From an uncultured virus (IMG/VR IMGVR_UViG_3300017763_003471) (lineage: Duplodnaviria; Heunggongvirae; Uroviricota; Caudoviricetes), in IMG/VR virus record IMGVR_UViG_3300017763_003471, positions 1 through 64,000 of that record: DNA of 64,000 nt. One strand, given 5' to 3'. The notes beneath the pieces were generated by a model. That model worked only from the letters and a program-made list of their open reading frames with translations. It was not told the origin of the DNA and did not search any database. Position numbers and translations under genes: made by a program. Every line of letters starts with the position of its first letter. The stretch's first letter is position 1. Below, piece after piece: positions 6,882-17,797 of the stretch.

Positions 6882-9659
6882 ATGGCTTACGATGGATTTT
6901 TTCTAACATATAAGAACGATAGAGAGACCAACGAAAGGTACGATAGAATAAAAGAAAAGTACCCTAATTTTCGTATGGTTAAAATCAATTTAGAAGATTG
7001 GAATGACCCTAAGTTAACGTCAGCAATCAAGAAAATTGGTACCGTTGCTAATACTAAACACTTCTGGGTTATTGATCCAGATGTCGAAGTCAATCCACAT
7101 TTTGATTATGACTTTCAGACCAATGAATGGGATGAAAATATAACTCATGTCTGGAATGCTGATGAAAGAAATTCATGGCGTTCAGTTGTTGGTGTCAAAT
7201 TATTTAAGACTAGCGAAGTATTAAAACAATCAGAAGAACATATCAAAGATGCTTATTATTTGACTGGAGAGTTCAAAGAGCATAATACCAAACAATTCGT
7301 AAAATATAAACCAACAACAGAAACATATGAAATATTTTATTGGGAAAAAGACTACGGTAAAGTTAATTTAAAAAGATTAAAACAACGCTTTCCTGAAATA
7401 AAAACAGTTACTGGCGATAATAATGTTGATGTGCATACTAAGTGCAGAGAAATGACTCGTACTGATTTTTATTATTTAATTCATCCTAATACAGAAATAT
7501 TTAATAAATTCGAATTTGATTATTCTTTTGCGTTTGGCTTAGATAAAGAGAAACAAAAAGTAGTTGTATGGCAGAAACAAAATCCAATAACTAATTTAAC
7601 ACGTGAATATCATGGACTAGGATTATTTCCTAAAGAAGGTCCTATGTTTAAAGAAAAAGATTACGAAATATTTAACTTTAAAAAGAAAGCAGTCTATGAA
7701 AAAGATGCTATGTGTAAAGATTTAGAGTTTCCTGTAATTAGAACAAAAGACATGCATGATTTAAGTCACGAAGTTGATACAGATATGTATTGGTTAATTC
7801 ATGATGATGTAGAAGAATTTGATATTAATTTCTATCCATTTATTTACGATAGAGATAAAATTCATAATTTTAAAGTTAATACATCAACTGGTATGCCTGT
7901 GCGTAACGGTGTACGACTTGTTCCTCATAAACCTGATGAAGAACAACAAAAAGATATTGATTTAATTGTAGGTAGATTAAAAGAAATAGAAATAGTTGAA
8001 GCAAGAACAGTTGAAGAAGCAGTTAAACTTGCAAAAGAATATACTTTCTGGATGGTCAATCCAGATTTAAAATTAATTAATCCAATGATTGATGATTTTT
8101 ATCCTGATTTATATAACTTGGGTCCAACACATATATGGAGACAACGTGCAAGAACAGGTAAAGATTTAGGTCATGGTGGATTAGCATTCAGTAATAAAGA
8201 TTATCATCCAGATAATGTAAATCTGCATGATAGTTATGGTATGAGAATACCAGATAAACATAATATTAAAAAGTATTTTACACGTGATCCTTTCAAAGCA
8301 TATAAGCAGTCAAAGGGTAGAGTGTTTTATTGGGTAATAGATACCGCGGTAGAGTTGTTAGATGATTTTCAATTTGATTACTATCCCGATATCTTTTCTA
8401 TCGAAAATGTATTTGCATTTAAAAGTGAAGAAGGCAAAGAGGCTGGAGTATATTTAGTTCATAGACCTCACTTAGATAAGTTTAAACTAACTGAGCAAGA
8501 CTTCTCATTCGATAGATTTAAAAATATTATCAGAGTTGATGAAGTTGCGAGTAGAGTTGTAGGACATCCTGCATTTTATTTCGATGAAGGTATGTATAAA
8601 GAACATGCCAAGTACTTTAACGACCATGAGAATATCGATGTAATTGATGCAAGTAAAGGTCTTGCAAAAGCATATATGAGAGCAACGAAGATGACCAAGT
8701 CAGGTTATTTTTGGGCTATCAATAATGATGTAGAATTAACAGAAGATTTCAGTAGAACATTCTATGTAGACAGACACCATAAATCACATTTTCATGTATG
8801 GCCTAAGTCTAATCCCTACACTGGTTACGTTCATCAATATGGTGGACTGAGCCTTATACCCACTGCCGCTCTAAAAGAATTGAAGCCGGATGATGATAAA
8901 ATTCGTAAGATGAATTTTAAGAATAAAAAGCCAGTCAAATCGAAGACGCCATCATCAGCCGATATACCCTTTGATGTAGTGTTTCTTTCCTATCGTGAAA
9001 AAGAAGCAGAAGAAAACTATGCTAAATTACTTTCACGTGTACCAAATGCAAAACGAGTTCACGGAGTTAAAGGTATCTTTAATGCTCATAAACGTGCGGC
9101 CGAAGTTGCAGATACGAAAATGTTTTATGTACTTGATGCAGATGCAATATTATTAGATGAATTTAAGTTCGAATACTTTCCTACAGTGTGGGACGAAGAT
9201 GCAGTTCATGTTTGGAAGTCTAAAAATCCTATCAATGGATTAATATATGGTTTCGGTGGACTTAAATTATTTCCAACACAATTATTACGTGATGCGAAAG
9301 ATTGGAACATTGACTTTACTACGTCAATTTCAGAAAAGTTTAAACCTATGCCTGTAGTTGCTAACTACACCGCATTTAATACTAACCCATACGACACCTG
9401 GAAGTCTGCTTTCAGAGAGTGTACTAAGTTGAGTTCAGGTATTATTCATAATCTCAAAGCAGATGAGGATAAAGAACGATTAGATACTTGGTGTACTGTA
9501 TCTGATGATAATGCAAAGTATGGTAAGTATTCAGTTGCAGGAGCAAACGCTGGCAGAAAGTTTGGTAGTGAGAACGCAGACAACCCAGAAAAACTAGGAT
9601 TAATCAATGACTATGATTGGTTAAATTCTCAATTTAAACAGGACTTTAACAATGAGTAA
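6882..9659 (+). CDS. multi-repeat glycosyltransferase (GT-A)-like protein
   Basis: About 7 repeats centred on FWVIDPD/YYLIHPN/YWLIHDD/FWMVNPD/YWVIDTA/FWAINND/FYVLDAD; last unit complete with DAD, YGFGGLKLFP, FNT..W..AFREC. Confidence 0.6.
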   Translation: MAYDGFFLTYKNDRETNERYDRIKEKYPNFRMVKINLEDWNDPKLTSAIKKIGTVANTKHFWVIDPDVEVNPHFDYDFQTNEWDENITHVWNADERNSWRSVVGVKLFKTSEVLKQSEEHIKDAYYLTGEFKEHNTKQFVKYKPTTETYEIFYWEKDYGKVNLKRLKQRFPEIKTVTGDNNVDVHTKCREMTRTDFYYLIHPNTEIFNKFEFDYSFAFGLDKEKQKVVVWQKQNPITNLTREYHGLGLFPKEGPMFKEKDYEIFNFKKKAVYEKDAMCKDLEFPVIRTKDMHDLSHEVDTDMYWLIHDDVEEFDINFYPFIYDRDKIHNFKVNTSTGMPVRNGVRLVPHKPDEEQQKDIDLIVGRLKEIEIVEARTVEEAVKLAKEYTFWMVNPDLKLINPMIDDFYPDLYNLGPTHIWRQRARTGKDLGHGGLAFSNKDYHPDNVNLHDSYGMRIPDKHNIKKYFTRDPFKAYKQSKGRVFYWVIDTAVELLDDFQFDYYPDIFSIENVFAFKSEEGKEAGVYLVHRPHLDKFKLTEQDFSFDRFKNIIRVDEVASRVVGHPAFYFDEGMYKEHAKYFNDHENIDVIDASKGLAKAYMRATKMTKSGYFWAINNDVELTEDFSRTFYVDRHHKSHFHVWPKSNPYTGYVHQYGGLSLIPTAALKELKPDDDKIRKMNFKNKKPVKSKTPSSADIPFDVVFLSYREKEAEENYAKLLSRVPNAKRVHGVKGIFNAHKRAAEVADTKMFYVLDADAILLDEFKFEYFPTVWDEDAVHVWKSKNPINGLIYGFGGLKLFPTQLLRDAKDWNIDFTTSISEKFKPMPVVANYTAFNTNPYDTWKSAFRECTKLSSGIIHNLKADEDKERLDTWCTVSDDNAKYGKYSVAGANAGRKFGSENADNPEKLGLINDYDWLNSQFKQDFNNE

Positions 9660-10596
9660 TATAAAAGAAAGAAGAAAGGCTAGGTTTGACAAAAGTAAAA
9701 TTACAAAGTCAGATGACCTTTACGACAGTAAAGATCCGTCAGTAGATATAAGTTCAGAAGAATTACCTGATATTCCTAAAAATGAAACTATTGAAATAAC
9801 AGAAAAGCCTAACAGAAAGACTAAAAGAAGGCGTGACTTACTTGTAAAAGAATACGACTATCAGAAAATGGCAGTTGAATATTCTTTAGAGAACGTAAGT
9901 CAGCAATTACATAATTATCGATGTGCAATGGAATTCTTAGCACACGTTAATTTAACAGACAATGATACTATTGTCGATAGATTTAAAGAAATAATATATA
10001 ACTATCCTAACGTAGATATGAGTACATTTGCAAATAAAGATAATGCAAAACTGTATAGTTGGATTGTACAACAAATGATTTACGTATATGGTCAGAAATA
10101 TATTGGTGTTGTTTATCTATTAGGAGGGGGTATGGGATTATTAGGTTCTATGCTCTTAGATACTAAGATGCGATTTGAGAATATTCGTTCATTCGATATT
10201 AATGGTACGTGTCAGTTCTTAGCAGATGAATTTCACAAAAAAGAATTATTGCAGGATTGGAAATTTAAATCAAATACGCAAGATTTGTTTGAGGTTAATT
10301 ATATAGAAAATGAGTTTCAAACACGTTTAGCTGATGGAAAATTATCTACTCCATACAATGAGATCCCAGGTACTATCATTAATTGCAGTGTAAGTTATCT
10401 AACCAATTTCCAGGATTGGTATGATATGATACCAGACACTAAAAGAGTGGTATTAGTTGGCGAAACAGGAGATGTCCCTAGACCTTTTCCTAGTTCACAA
10501 AATTTCAACTTAAGATTTCCAATGTCATACGAACAGTACAGTGGAGTGATTACAGTTGGATCGAAACAATTCTTTTTGAAAATGGGGCTTAAGTAA
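9652..10596 (+). CDS. class I SAM-dependent methyltransferase-like protein
   Basis: LLGGGMGLL...RSFDIN...IINCS; paralogous to the C-terminal domain of the next gene. Confidence 0.5.
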   Translation: MSNIKERRKARFDKSKITKSDDLYDSKDPSVDISSEELPDIPKNETIEITEKPNRKTKRRRDLLVKEYDYQKMAVEYSLENVSQQLHNYRCAMEFLAHVNLTDNDTIVDRFKEIIYNYPNVDMSTFANKDNAKLYSWIVQQMIYVYGQKYIGVVYLLGGGMGLLGSMLLDTKMRFENIRSFDINGTCQFLADEFHKKELLQDWKFKSNTQDLFEVNYIENEFQTRLADGKLSTPYNEIPGTIINCSVSYLTNFQDWYDMIPDTKRVVLVGETGDVPRPFPSSQNFNLRFPMSYEQYSGVITVGSKQFFLKMGLK

Positions 10597-12008
10597 TGAA
10601 GCCGTATGAAATTGCAGATAGATTAAATCTCCTTTATGGGAATAGTAGACCTATGCTATCTGAATTAGAAAGAGTTGTTAATACTGAGGAACTCAGTAGT
10701 ATATTTACTTTATGCTCTTACTTCTTAGGTAAGAAACATAGAGCGAATATGAATGCTCTAATGAATCTCGTTTATGAGAGACAAGTTTGTGATAACACAT
10801 TCGTCCTGTTTAAAGTGTTAGACAAAATATCTCAAAACGATGATTCATTGGACGCATTAAGAAACTTTATGGCATGTGAAACTATTGATAGAAAATCAAT
10901 GTATCTTGTGTTTAGAGTTTTGAATGGAATGTATCCAGACAATGCAGATACATTAGATGATTTAAAAAATACTATTTGTGCGGAAGGTGGTGAGTTTGAT
11001 AGAGACTTAGTATTTTTATTATTTAATGTACTAGAAAAAATAATAGATGATGAAGAAGGATTAGGTGCATTAAAAAATGTTTGTGGTAATCATAATTTTA
11101 TTAAATCACAAACAGAATTATTATTCAGAGTAATAATGAATATTGAATACCCTGATGATGAAATATTAAGTGCATTAAAAAATATTATTGCAGTTGATAC
11201 TGATCCAGACTTATATTTATTATTTAAAGTTATTCAGGGTTTTGATGAATCTAATGAAGATATTGCTAACGTAAAAAGTGCAACAATATTTAAAACAAAA
11301 GTATTTGAATTAGTTCACACTCTTACTGAAGGCAAGTATAGTATTCCTATGAATATGAAGAAAATGACTAAAAGATTTGAAGGTCAAGCGTTGACTGATG
11401 CATTTAGTAGAGGACAGTTACAGTCTAAACTGTGGTTAATTGACATTGTGAATAATTATGATATAAACTTAGGTAAGACTATTTACACTTGTGCAGGTTG
11501 GTATGGAGTTTTACCAGCATTATTGTTTGAAAGATGCAAGATTGAAGGTAATATCTATAGCTTTGATAGTGATCCTACTACAGATAATCCAGCAGATACA
11601 CTCAATAAAGAGTATATAATTGACAATATGAAGTTCAAATCATTCGTAAAAGATATAGCAGAATTGAAGTTTTCTGAGGAAACACTGCCAATAAAACATT
11701 ATAAATACAGTGATGCAGTTAAGTTCGAAGTCATGGATACAACACATACTATTGGTCATCCAACATGTGTAATCAATACAAGTTGCGAACATATTGCAGA
11801 GTTTGACAAATGGTGGAATGCTATTCCAAAGGGTACACTAGTGATATTACAGAATAATGATTTTATTGAACATGAAGATGAAACAGTTGTTAATACTAAA
11901 ACAGATGTTGATAGTTGGGCTAAAGAGTTGAAACTATCTAAAAATATATTCACTGGGACACTAGAATTGGAGCATTACAACCGGTATATGATTATCGGAG
12001 AGAAATAA
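10596..12008 (+). CDS. helical-repeat N-terminus plus methyltransferase-like domain
   Basis: Repeats VLFKVL/LVFRVL/LLFNVL/LLFRVI/LLFKVI; DAFSRGQLQSKLWL, CAGWYG, SFDSD, INTSCEH. Confidence 0.6.
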   Translation: MKPYEIADRLNLLYGNSRPMLSELERVVNTEELSSIFTLCSYFLGKKHRANMNALMNLVYERQVCDNTFVLFKVLDKISQNDDSLDALRNFMACETIDRKSMYLVFRVLNGMYPDNADTLDDLKNTICAEGGEFDRDLVFLLFNVLEKIIDDEEGLGALKNVCGNHNFIKSQTELLFRVIMNIEYPDDEILSALKNIIAVDTDPDLYLLFKVIQGFDESNEDIANVKSATIFKTKVFELVHTLTEGKYSIPMNMKKMTKRFEGQALTDAFSRGQLQSKLWLIDIVNNYDINLGKTIYTCAGWYGVLPALLFERCKIEGNIYSFDSDPTTDNPADTLNKEYIIDNMKFKSFVKDIAELKFSEETLPIKHYKYSDAVKFEVMDTTHTIGHPTCVINTSCEHIAEFDKWWNAIPKGTLVILQNNDFIEHEDETVVNTKTDVDSWAKELKLSKNIFTGTLELEHYNRYMIIGEK

Positions 12009-13304
12009 GTGAAAAATGCTCAAGTCAGAGGTTATATAGACAAAGAGAAAATAAAAGCAAGAGAGGCTTTTAAAGAATTGTTGAAGGAACACCAAAATGG
12101 CAAAGCCGATACAAGTAATTTTTGTGCGGCACCATTTGCACATATGTATGTTCACAGTAATGAAGGGCAAAGAGTTTGTTGTATGTCAACCGAGTACAAT
12201 GTAGTAGAAGATGATACTGAATTAGATTTAAAGAAACGTTGGAGTAATGATTATTACAAAGAGTTCAGAAAGAAATTCTTACGTAATGAACAACCAGATG
12301 TTTGTGTTAAATGTTATAACTTAGAAAGTGCAGGTGGTAGAAGTGATAGAATAAATTTCAATACTATGTACAGTACAAAGATTGAACCAAATATAGAAAC
12401 AGGTAATCAATGGAATGCACCAATAGATATTGACGTTAGACCAGGCAACTTATGTAATTTAAAATGTAGAATGTGCGGACCTATATCAAGTTCACAAATA
12501 GAAAAAGAAGTACAAGATAATCAAGAATTATTACGTCCTATTTTAGGTCATGGAAAGATAATAAGGTCAGATGTTTTAGCAAATGAGCATAATATAGAAT
12601 TTTTATTAGAAGCGGCAGACAAAGGAAATAGAATTAAGTTCTTAGGCGGAGAACCCACTATTATGCCAGAAGTTGATAAGTTCTTAGATATATTAATTGA
12701 TAAGAAATATCTTAATGTTCCATTACATTTTACTACAAACTGTACAAATAATAATAGAAGATTTGTTGATAAATTAGCAAAGTTTAATAACGTATCATTC
12801 AATTATAGTATTGATGGAACTGAATCAGTAGTTGAATATATCAGAACACCAGTTAAATTTAAAACGATAGACAAAACAATTAGATTATATCATGAAATAG
12901 CACAAAAACATCCACATGCGGTAAGTGAAATAAGTTTTACATGGCAAGCATATAATTTATTTAATTTGCTTGATACGATTAAGTGGGCACAAAGTATAGG
13001 TATAACTATGAGACCAGAGATTCTTAGAACACCAGAGTGGTCTTCAATAAGAAATATCCCAGTAGATATTCGTACTCCATACATTTATTCGTTAATAAAA
13101 GAGATTGAACCATGGGAGAACAGATATTCATATAGAGTTATTCCTGCATTATATCAAATGTTGAATGACAAGGAACAATATAATCCTATACATCTAGCAA
13201 GAGCAACAAAGAGATTTGATAAAGTAAGAAATCAACACATAAAAGATTACATACCAGAAATATATGAAATCATAAAAAAGGACTATGATGATTTACAAAT
13301 ATGA
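12009..13304 (+). CDS. radical SAM protein with N-terminal twitch/SPASM-like Cys domain (type A)
   Basis: FCAAPF..VCC..CVKC; CNLKCRMC; GGEP. Confidence 0.9.
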   Translation: MKNAQVRGYIDKEKIKAREAFKELLKEHQNGKADTSNFCAAPFAHMYVHSNEGQRVCCMSTEYNVVEDDTELDLKKRWSNDYYKEFRKKFLRNEQPDVCVKCYNLESAGGRSDRINFNTMYSTKIEPNIETGNQWNAPIDIDVRPGNLCNLKCRMCGPISSSQIEKEVQDNQELLRPILGHGKIIRSDVLANEHNIEFLLEAADKGNRIKFLGGEPTIMPEVDKFLDILIDKKYLNVPLHFTTNCTNNNRRFVDKLAKFNNVSFNYSIDGTESVVEYIRTPVKFKTIDKTIRLYHEIAQKHPHAVSEISFTWQAYNLFNLLDTIKWAQSIGITMRPEILRTPEWSSIRNIPVDIRTPYIYSLIKEIEPWENRYSYRVIPALYQMLNDKEQYNPIHLARATKRFDKVRNQHIKDYIPEIYEIIKKDYDDLQI

Positions 13305-14376
13305 TGAAGTAAGAGCAATACACTTGGAAATAACTGAAAAGTGTCAAGCCGCTTGTCCTATGTGCGATAGAAACGTACATGGTGGTAAAGATAATCCTAA
13401 TCTTGGTATGCATGAATTATCATTACAAGATATTCAGGAGATGATGCCTCCAGAGTTTGTAAAGCAGTTAGAAAGAATTTATATGTGTGGTAACTTTGGT
13501 GATCCTATTGTTGCTAAAGATACATTAGAAGTCATGCAATACTTTCGTTCACAGAAACGGGAGTTAACGCTGGGAATGAATACCAACGCTGGTGCGAAGA
13601 AACCAGAGTGGTGGAGAGAATTAGCAAAGACATTAGGTAACTGGAGTTATGTTAAGTTTGGATTTGATGGACTGAAAGATACAAATCATTTATATAGACA
13701 GAATGTTAATTGGGATATAGCGTGGGAAAATGCGGTAGCGTTTATTGAGGCAGGTGGTAAAGCACATTGGGATTACTTAATCTTTGAACACAATGAACAT
13801 CAAGTAGAAGAGGCTAGAGCATTGGCAGAGAAAACAGGCTTTAAAAAGTTCATACCTAAAAAGACAGGTCGTTTCTTTTCTACAATGAAACAAGTTAAGA
13901 AAGATGAACATCAAGCAAAGAATAGAAAAGGTGCTGAAACACAATTACTACAACAACCAAAGGAAGTTAAGTATCAGAATAAAGCACTAGATAAGATTAA
14001 AGAAATTACAAACAAGCATGGTTCATTAGAAAAGTATTTTGATAATGTACAAATCAGTTGTAAAGTTGCGGCTGAAAAGAATATGTATATTAGTGCAGAA
14101 GGATTAATTCTTCCATGTTGTTGGGTAGCTGGTAATATGTATAAGTGGTGGCAGAAGCCAGGAGAAAATCAAGTATGGGAACTTCTACAACAGTCAGGTG
14201 GTAAAGATGAATTTGATGCTAAGAGACATGGAATAGAATATGTATTAAACAATGAATACTTTTCTCATAGATTAGTAGATAGTTGGAAACAACCAAATGT
14301 ACATGCAGGGAAACCAATGGTATGTTCACAGAAATGTGGTAAAGAGTTCGATGCATTTGCGGAGCAGTTCAAGTAA
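13285..14376 (+). CDS. radical SAM protein with C-terminal twitch/SPASM domain (type B)
   Basis: CQAACPMC; GNFGDP; PCCW...CSQKCG. Confidence 0.9.
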   Translation: MMIYKYDEVRAIHLEITEKCQAACPMCDRNVHGGKDNPNLGMHELSLQDIQEMMPPEFVKQLERIYMCGNFGDPIVAKDTLEVMQYFRSQKRELTLGMNTNAGAKKPEWWRELAKTLGNWSYVKFGFDGLKDTNHLYRQNVNWDIAWENAVAFIEAGGKAHWDYLIFEHNEHQVEEARALAEKTGFKKFIPKKTGRFFSTMKQVKKDEHQAKNRKGAETQLLQQPKEVKYQNKALDKIKEITNKHGSLEKYFDNVQISCKVAAEKNMYISAEGLILPCCWVAGNMYKWWQKPGENQVWELLQQSGGKDEFDAKRHGIEYVLNNEYFSHRLVDSWKQPNVHAGKPMVCSQKCGKEFDAFAEQFK

Positions 14377-15446
14377 TGGCTGAATTAAAACTAAGATATA
14401 AAGCCAATGATTCGTATCATAGTCAATATGATAGATACGAACCTATAGTTGGTAATGATTATATCGTAGTTGATTGGATGATGGGTAATACCTGTAATTA
14501 TGCCTGTACTTATTGTGATGAGGAGTTTCATGATGGTTCAACTCCTTGGCCAGAAGTTGATGTAGTATTAGAGTTTACAAAAAGATTAACAGACCATTAC
14601 AGAAAGTATGCACCAGGTAAAAGAATACTATGGAACTTATTAGGTGGCGAACCAACAGTATGGCCTAAGTTCTCAGAGGTATTTCATAAAATGAAAGAAT
14701 ATGACTCAAGTTCCAGCGTGAGAATATTGACCAATGGTTCAAGAACCCTACGCTGGTGGGAGAAGAATGCAAATATATTTGATGAAGTTATTATAAGTTA
14801 TCATCCACAAAGTGCAGATTATAAACATGTAACAGATGTATCAAACATACTTATGGATAAGGGAACAATATGTTCTATTCAGTCAGCTATATATCCTCCG
14901 TTACTTGATAGATGTATTGAAGCGGCAAAGTATTACCATGAGAATTCTAAATGTATAACGCATAATTCAAAAGCATTACAAGAAACATTAGGCAGTAACA
15001 ATACGTTTGTATATCCAGAAGGTGCGTTTGAAATATTGCGTAGATATGATGGACAACCAAAGCATTGGCAAGATATAGAACAAAGTGATTCAAAAGAAGC
15101 AGTACATCTTGTAGCAAAAAGAAAGTTCCTTAGAAAAAGTATGGGTAAACAAATGCGTTATCTTAATACTAAGACAGGCAAATCAGTAGTATTCAATAAC
15201 CCAAATCATATTATGGAACAAGGACACAATACGTGGAAAGGCTGGAAGTGTATGATAGGAATTGAAGCATTAGTTGTTCAATTAAATGGAACTATAACAA
15301 GTGGTAACAGTTGTTTTACTAAACTAGTTCATGGACATATAAACAAACCAGATGAAATAGACTTTCCTACAGATGGATTAATATGCCCACAAACTTGGTG
15401 CAGTTGTGTATCGGACACAGAAGTAACGAAAATTAAGGTGAAATAA
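14376..15446 (+). CDS. radical SAM protein (type C)
   Basis: CNYACTYC; GGEPT; WKGWKC...CPQTWCSC. Confidence 0.9.
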   Translation: MAELKLRYKANDSYHSQYDRYEPIVGNDYIVVDWMMGNTCNYACTYCDEEFHDGSTPWPEVDVVLEFTKRLTDHYRKYAPGKRILWNLLGGEPTVWPKFSEVFHKMKEYDSSSSVRILTNGSRTLRWWEKNANIFDEVIISYHPQSADYKHVTDVSNILMDKGTICSIQSAIYPPLLDRCIEAAKYYHENSKCITHNSKALQETLGSNNTFVYPEGAFEILRRYDGQPKHWQDIEQSDSKEAVHLVAKRKFLRKSMGKQMRYLNTKTGKSVVFNNPNHIMEQGHNTWKGWKCMIGIEALVVQLNGTITSGNSCFTKLVHGHINKPDEIDFPTDGLICPQTWCSCVSDTEVTKIKVK

Positions 15447-15453
15447 ATACAGT

Positions 15454-17001
15454 ATGTCCAAGAAAAACAATCCAGAATTAGAGAAAAACTTAAACGAATT
15501 TGTTCGAAGAACAGGTGCACCTACAAAAACATTTTGTTTGTTACCGTGGGTTCATTTAAGTACAAGACCTAATGGACATATGCGTGTATGTTGTACGGCA
15601 AATGCAAGTTCAGTTGGTCCTACAAATGATAAAGAACACGGCGGAGAAGTAGGTGTTCTAAAAAATGCTGATGGTAAACCTTCAAACTTAAATCATAGTG
15701 ACTTGATGTCAAGTTGGAATAATGATTATATGAAGAATGTTAGAAAGCAAATGCTTAATAACGAAATGCCTCCTAGTTGTATGAAATGTTACAAAGAGGA
15801 AGATGCAGGTCATATGTCAAAAAGATATTGGGAAACAGAGTACTGGTCTCGTAGAGTTGATATGAAAGAGATACTTGATGAGACAACAGAAGACGGTGCA
15901 ATCCCTCCAAAGATTAGATACTTAGACTTGCGTTTAGGTTCTAAATGTAATCTTAAATGTATTATGTGTTCTCCTCATGACAGTTCAATGTGGGTTAAAG
16001 ATTGGATTAAATTACATCCACAGATTGAAAACGAATCATTAAAAGAAACTATGCAATGGGGTAACAAAGGTCAGATAGATGGTGCAACATATAACTGGCA
16101 TAAAAAGAATGATGCATTTTGGGATCAGTTGTATGACCAAATCCCACATATGAAACAGTTATACTTTGCTGGTGGGGAAGCTACAATCATTGAAGAACAT
16201 TATACTTTACTTGAAGAAGTTGTAGAAAGAGGATATGCTCCCGGTATTGAATTAAGATATAACTCAAATGGTTTAGAAATGCCACAACGTTTATTTGACT
16301 TGTGGAAACAATTCAAGCGTGTACGTTTCCATTATAGCGTAGACAGTATAGGTCTTATGAATGATTACATACGTTTTCCAAGTGAATGGGAACACACAGT
16401 AAGACAATTTCATTTATTAGATAACACAGGACCTAACGTAGAAGTTACAGTTGCTTGTGCAGTTCAGGCTCTTAACATATATTATCTTCCTGACTTTGTT
16501 AAGTGGAAGATTGAACAGAATTTTAAAAAGATTAACTTATGGCCACTAGGTGCAGGTATGATTAACTATCACTTTGTTTATCACCCACCTCATTTAAATG
16601 TTAAAGTTTTACCTAAGTGGTTCAAAGAAATGACAGTTGCAAAGTATGACAAGTTTATTGAGTGGCTTGATGCAAACTGGGAAAAATGTGATGGTGTCAC
16701 AAACTATGATGAATGGAAAAATGCAAACTACGGTATTAAAAGACTAAGAGGTATGCTTTCATTTATGAATAGTGGTGACTGGTCACGACAACGTATGCCA
16801 GAGTTTATTGAGTATATCAATAAGATGGACGGTATAAGAGATACAAATTTTAGAGATGTGTTTCCTGAGATGGCTCCTCTTTTAGATTGGACACCAGAAG
16901 ATGGTGAAGATTGGGACGGAGAGTTCGATGATAGATTACTAAAAGAGTTAGAAGATTCAGGGTTTCACGTTAATCAACAGGAGTTAGACATTGACAATTA
17001 A
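15454..17001 (+). CDS. radical SAM protein with N-terminal twitch domain (type A)
   Basis: FCLLPW..VCC..CMKC; CNLKCIMC; GGEA; late-type ATAAATA at 15443-15449. Confidence 0.9.
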   Translation: MSKKNNPELEKNLNEFVRRTGAPTKTFCLLPWVHLSTRPNGHMRVCCTANASSVGPTNDKEHGGEVGVLKNADGKPSNLNHSDLMSSWNNDYMKNVRKQMLNNEMPPSCMKCYKEEDAGHMSKRYWETEYWSRRVDMKEILDETTEDGAIPPKIRYLDLRLGSKCNLKCIMCSPHDSSMWVKDWIKLHPQIENESLKETMQWGNKGQIDGATYNWHKKNDAFWDQLYDQIPHMKQLYFAGGEATIIEEHYTLLEEVVERGYAPGIELRYNSNGLEMPQRLFDLWKQFKRVRFHYSVDSIGLMNDYIRFPSEWEHTVRQFHLLDNTGPNVEVTVACAVQALNIYYLPDFVKWKIEQNFKKINLWPLGAGMINYHFVYHPPHLNVKVLPKWFKEMTVAKYDKFIEWLDANWEKCDGVTNYDEWKNANYGIKRLRGMLSFMNSGDWSRQRMPEFIEYINKMDGIRDTNFRDVFPEMAPLLDWTPEDGEDWDGEFDDRLLKELEDSGFHVNQQELDIDN

Positions 17002-17797
17002 TTACCCAAACATAATCGAAGAAGTATTTAAAGATAGAAATAGTTATAGTTTTGATACTGTACCTAGTGCATTTATAGATGCAATATTCAATGAGCCTAA
17101 GTTTCCAGAGTCAGCAAGATTCAGAAAAGCTAAATGGATTTCACACGAGTCAGGCATCCCTTGGTTAGAGTTAGATGTTCCTGAGTTCGATTGGAAAGCA
17201 TGTTGGGGCGAAGCAATGGCAGTGTATAATGAAGCTATTCAACATAGAAAAAATGATTACGATGAAAGTAACCCAGATGATTATGGACACAGAGGCTGGC
17301 GTAGTTTAACATTACATGGTTTAGGTAAACATGTATCTCAGCATTGGGATAGTAAAGATGTTAAAGCCATGGGTTTTGATTTTAAAAGCGAAGAAGAAGT
17401 GAGAGAAGCATATCATTGGACAGAGATTGCAGACAAATGTCCTAAGACAGTAGAAATGATTAAGTCTATTCCAGGTTATATGTCATTCGATAGAGTTCGT
17501 TATATGTACTTAGAACCAGGCGGATACATTACTCCTCATAATGATTATGAACATAATAAGTTAGGACCATTGAATATATCATTAAACAATCCCGAGCATT
17601 GTTATTTTAAAATGATTGACGATAATGCATATGTTCCGTGGAAACCTGGTCGTATGATTAAGATGAATGTGGGACATCAACATGCAGTGATGAATGATAC
17701 AGATGAAGTAAGAGTTCATATGATTGTACACGGACAGTATGGTGGCAAAAGTTATGAAGATATTATGATAGACAGTTGGGAAAAAGTGAATGACTAA
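16991..17797 (+). CDS. AspH-like 2OG-Fe(II) oxygenase
   Basis: GWRSLTLHG; RYMYLEPGGYITPHND; HAVMN...RVHMI. Confidence 0.8.
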   Translation: MTINYPNIIEEVFKDRNSYSFDTVPSAFIDAIFNEPKFPESARFRKAKWISHESGIPWLELDVPEFDWKACWGEAMAVYNEAIQHRKNDYDESNPDDYGHRGWRSLTLHGLGKHVSQHWDSKDVKAMGFDFKSEEEVREAYHWTEIADKCPKTVEMIKSIPGYMSFDRVRYMYLEPGGYITPHNDYEHNKLGPLNISLNNPEHCYFKMIDDNAYVPWKPGRMIKMNVGHQHAVMNDTDEVRVHMIVHGQYGGKSYEDIMIDSWEKVND

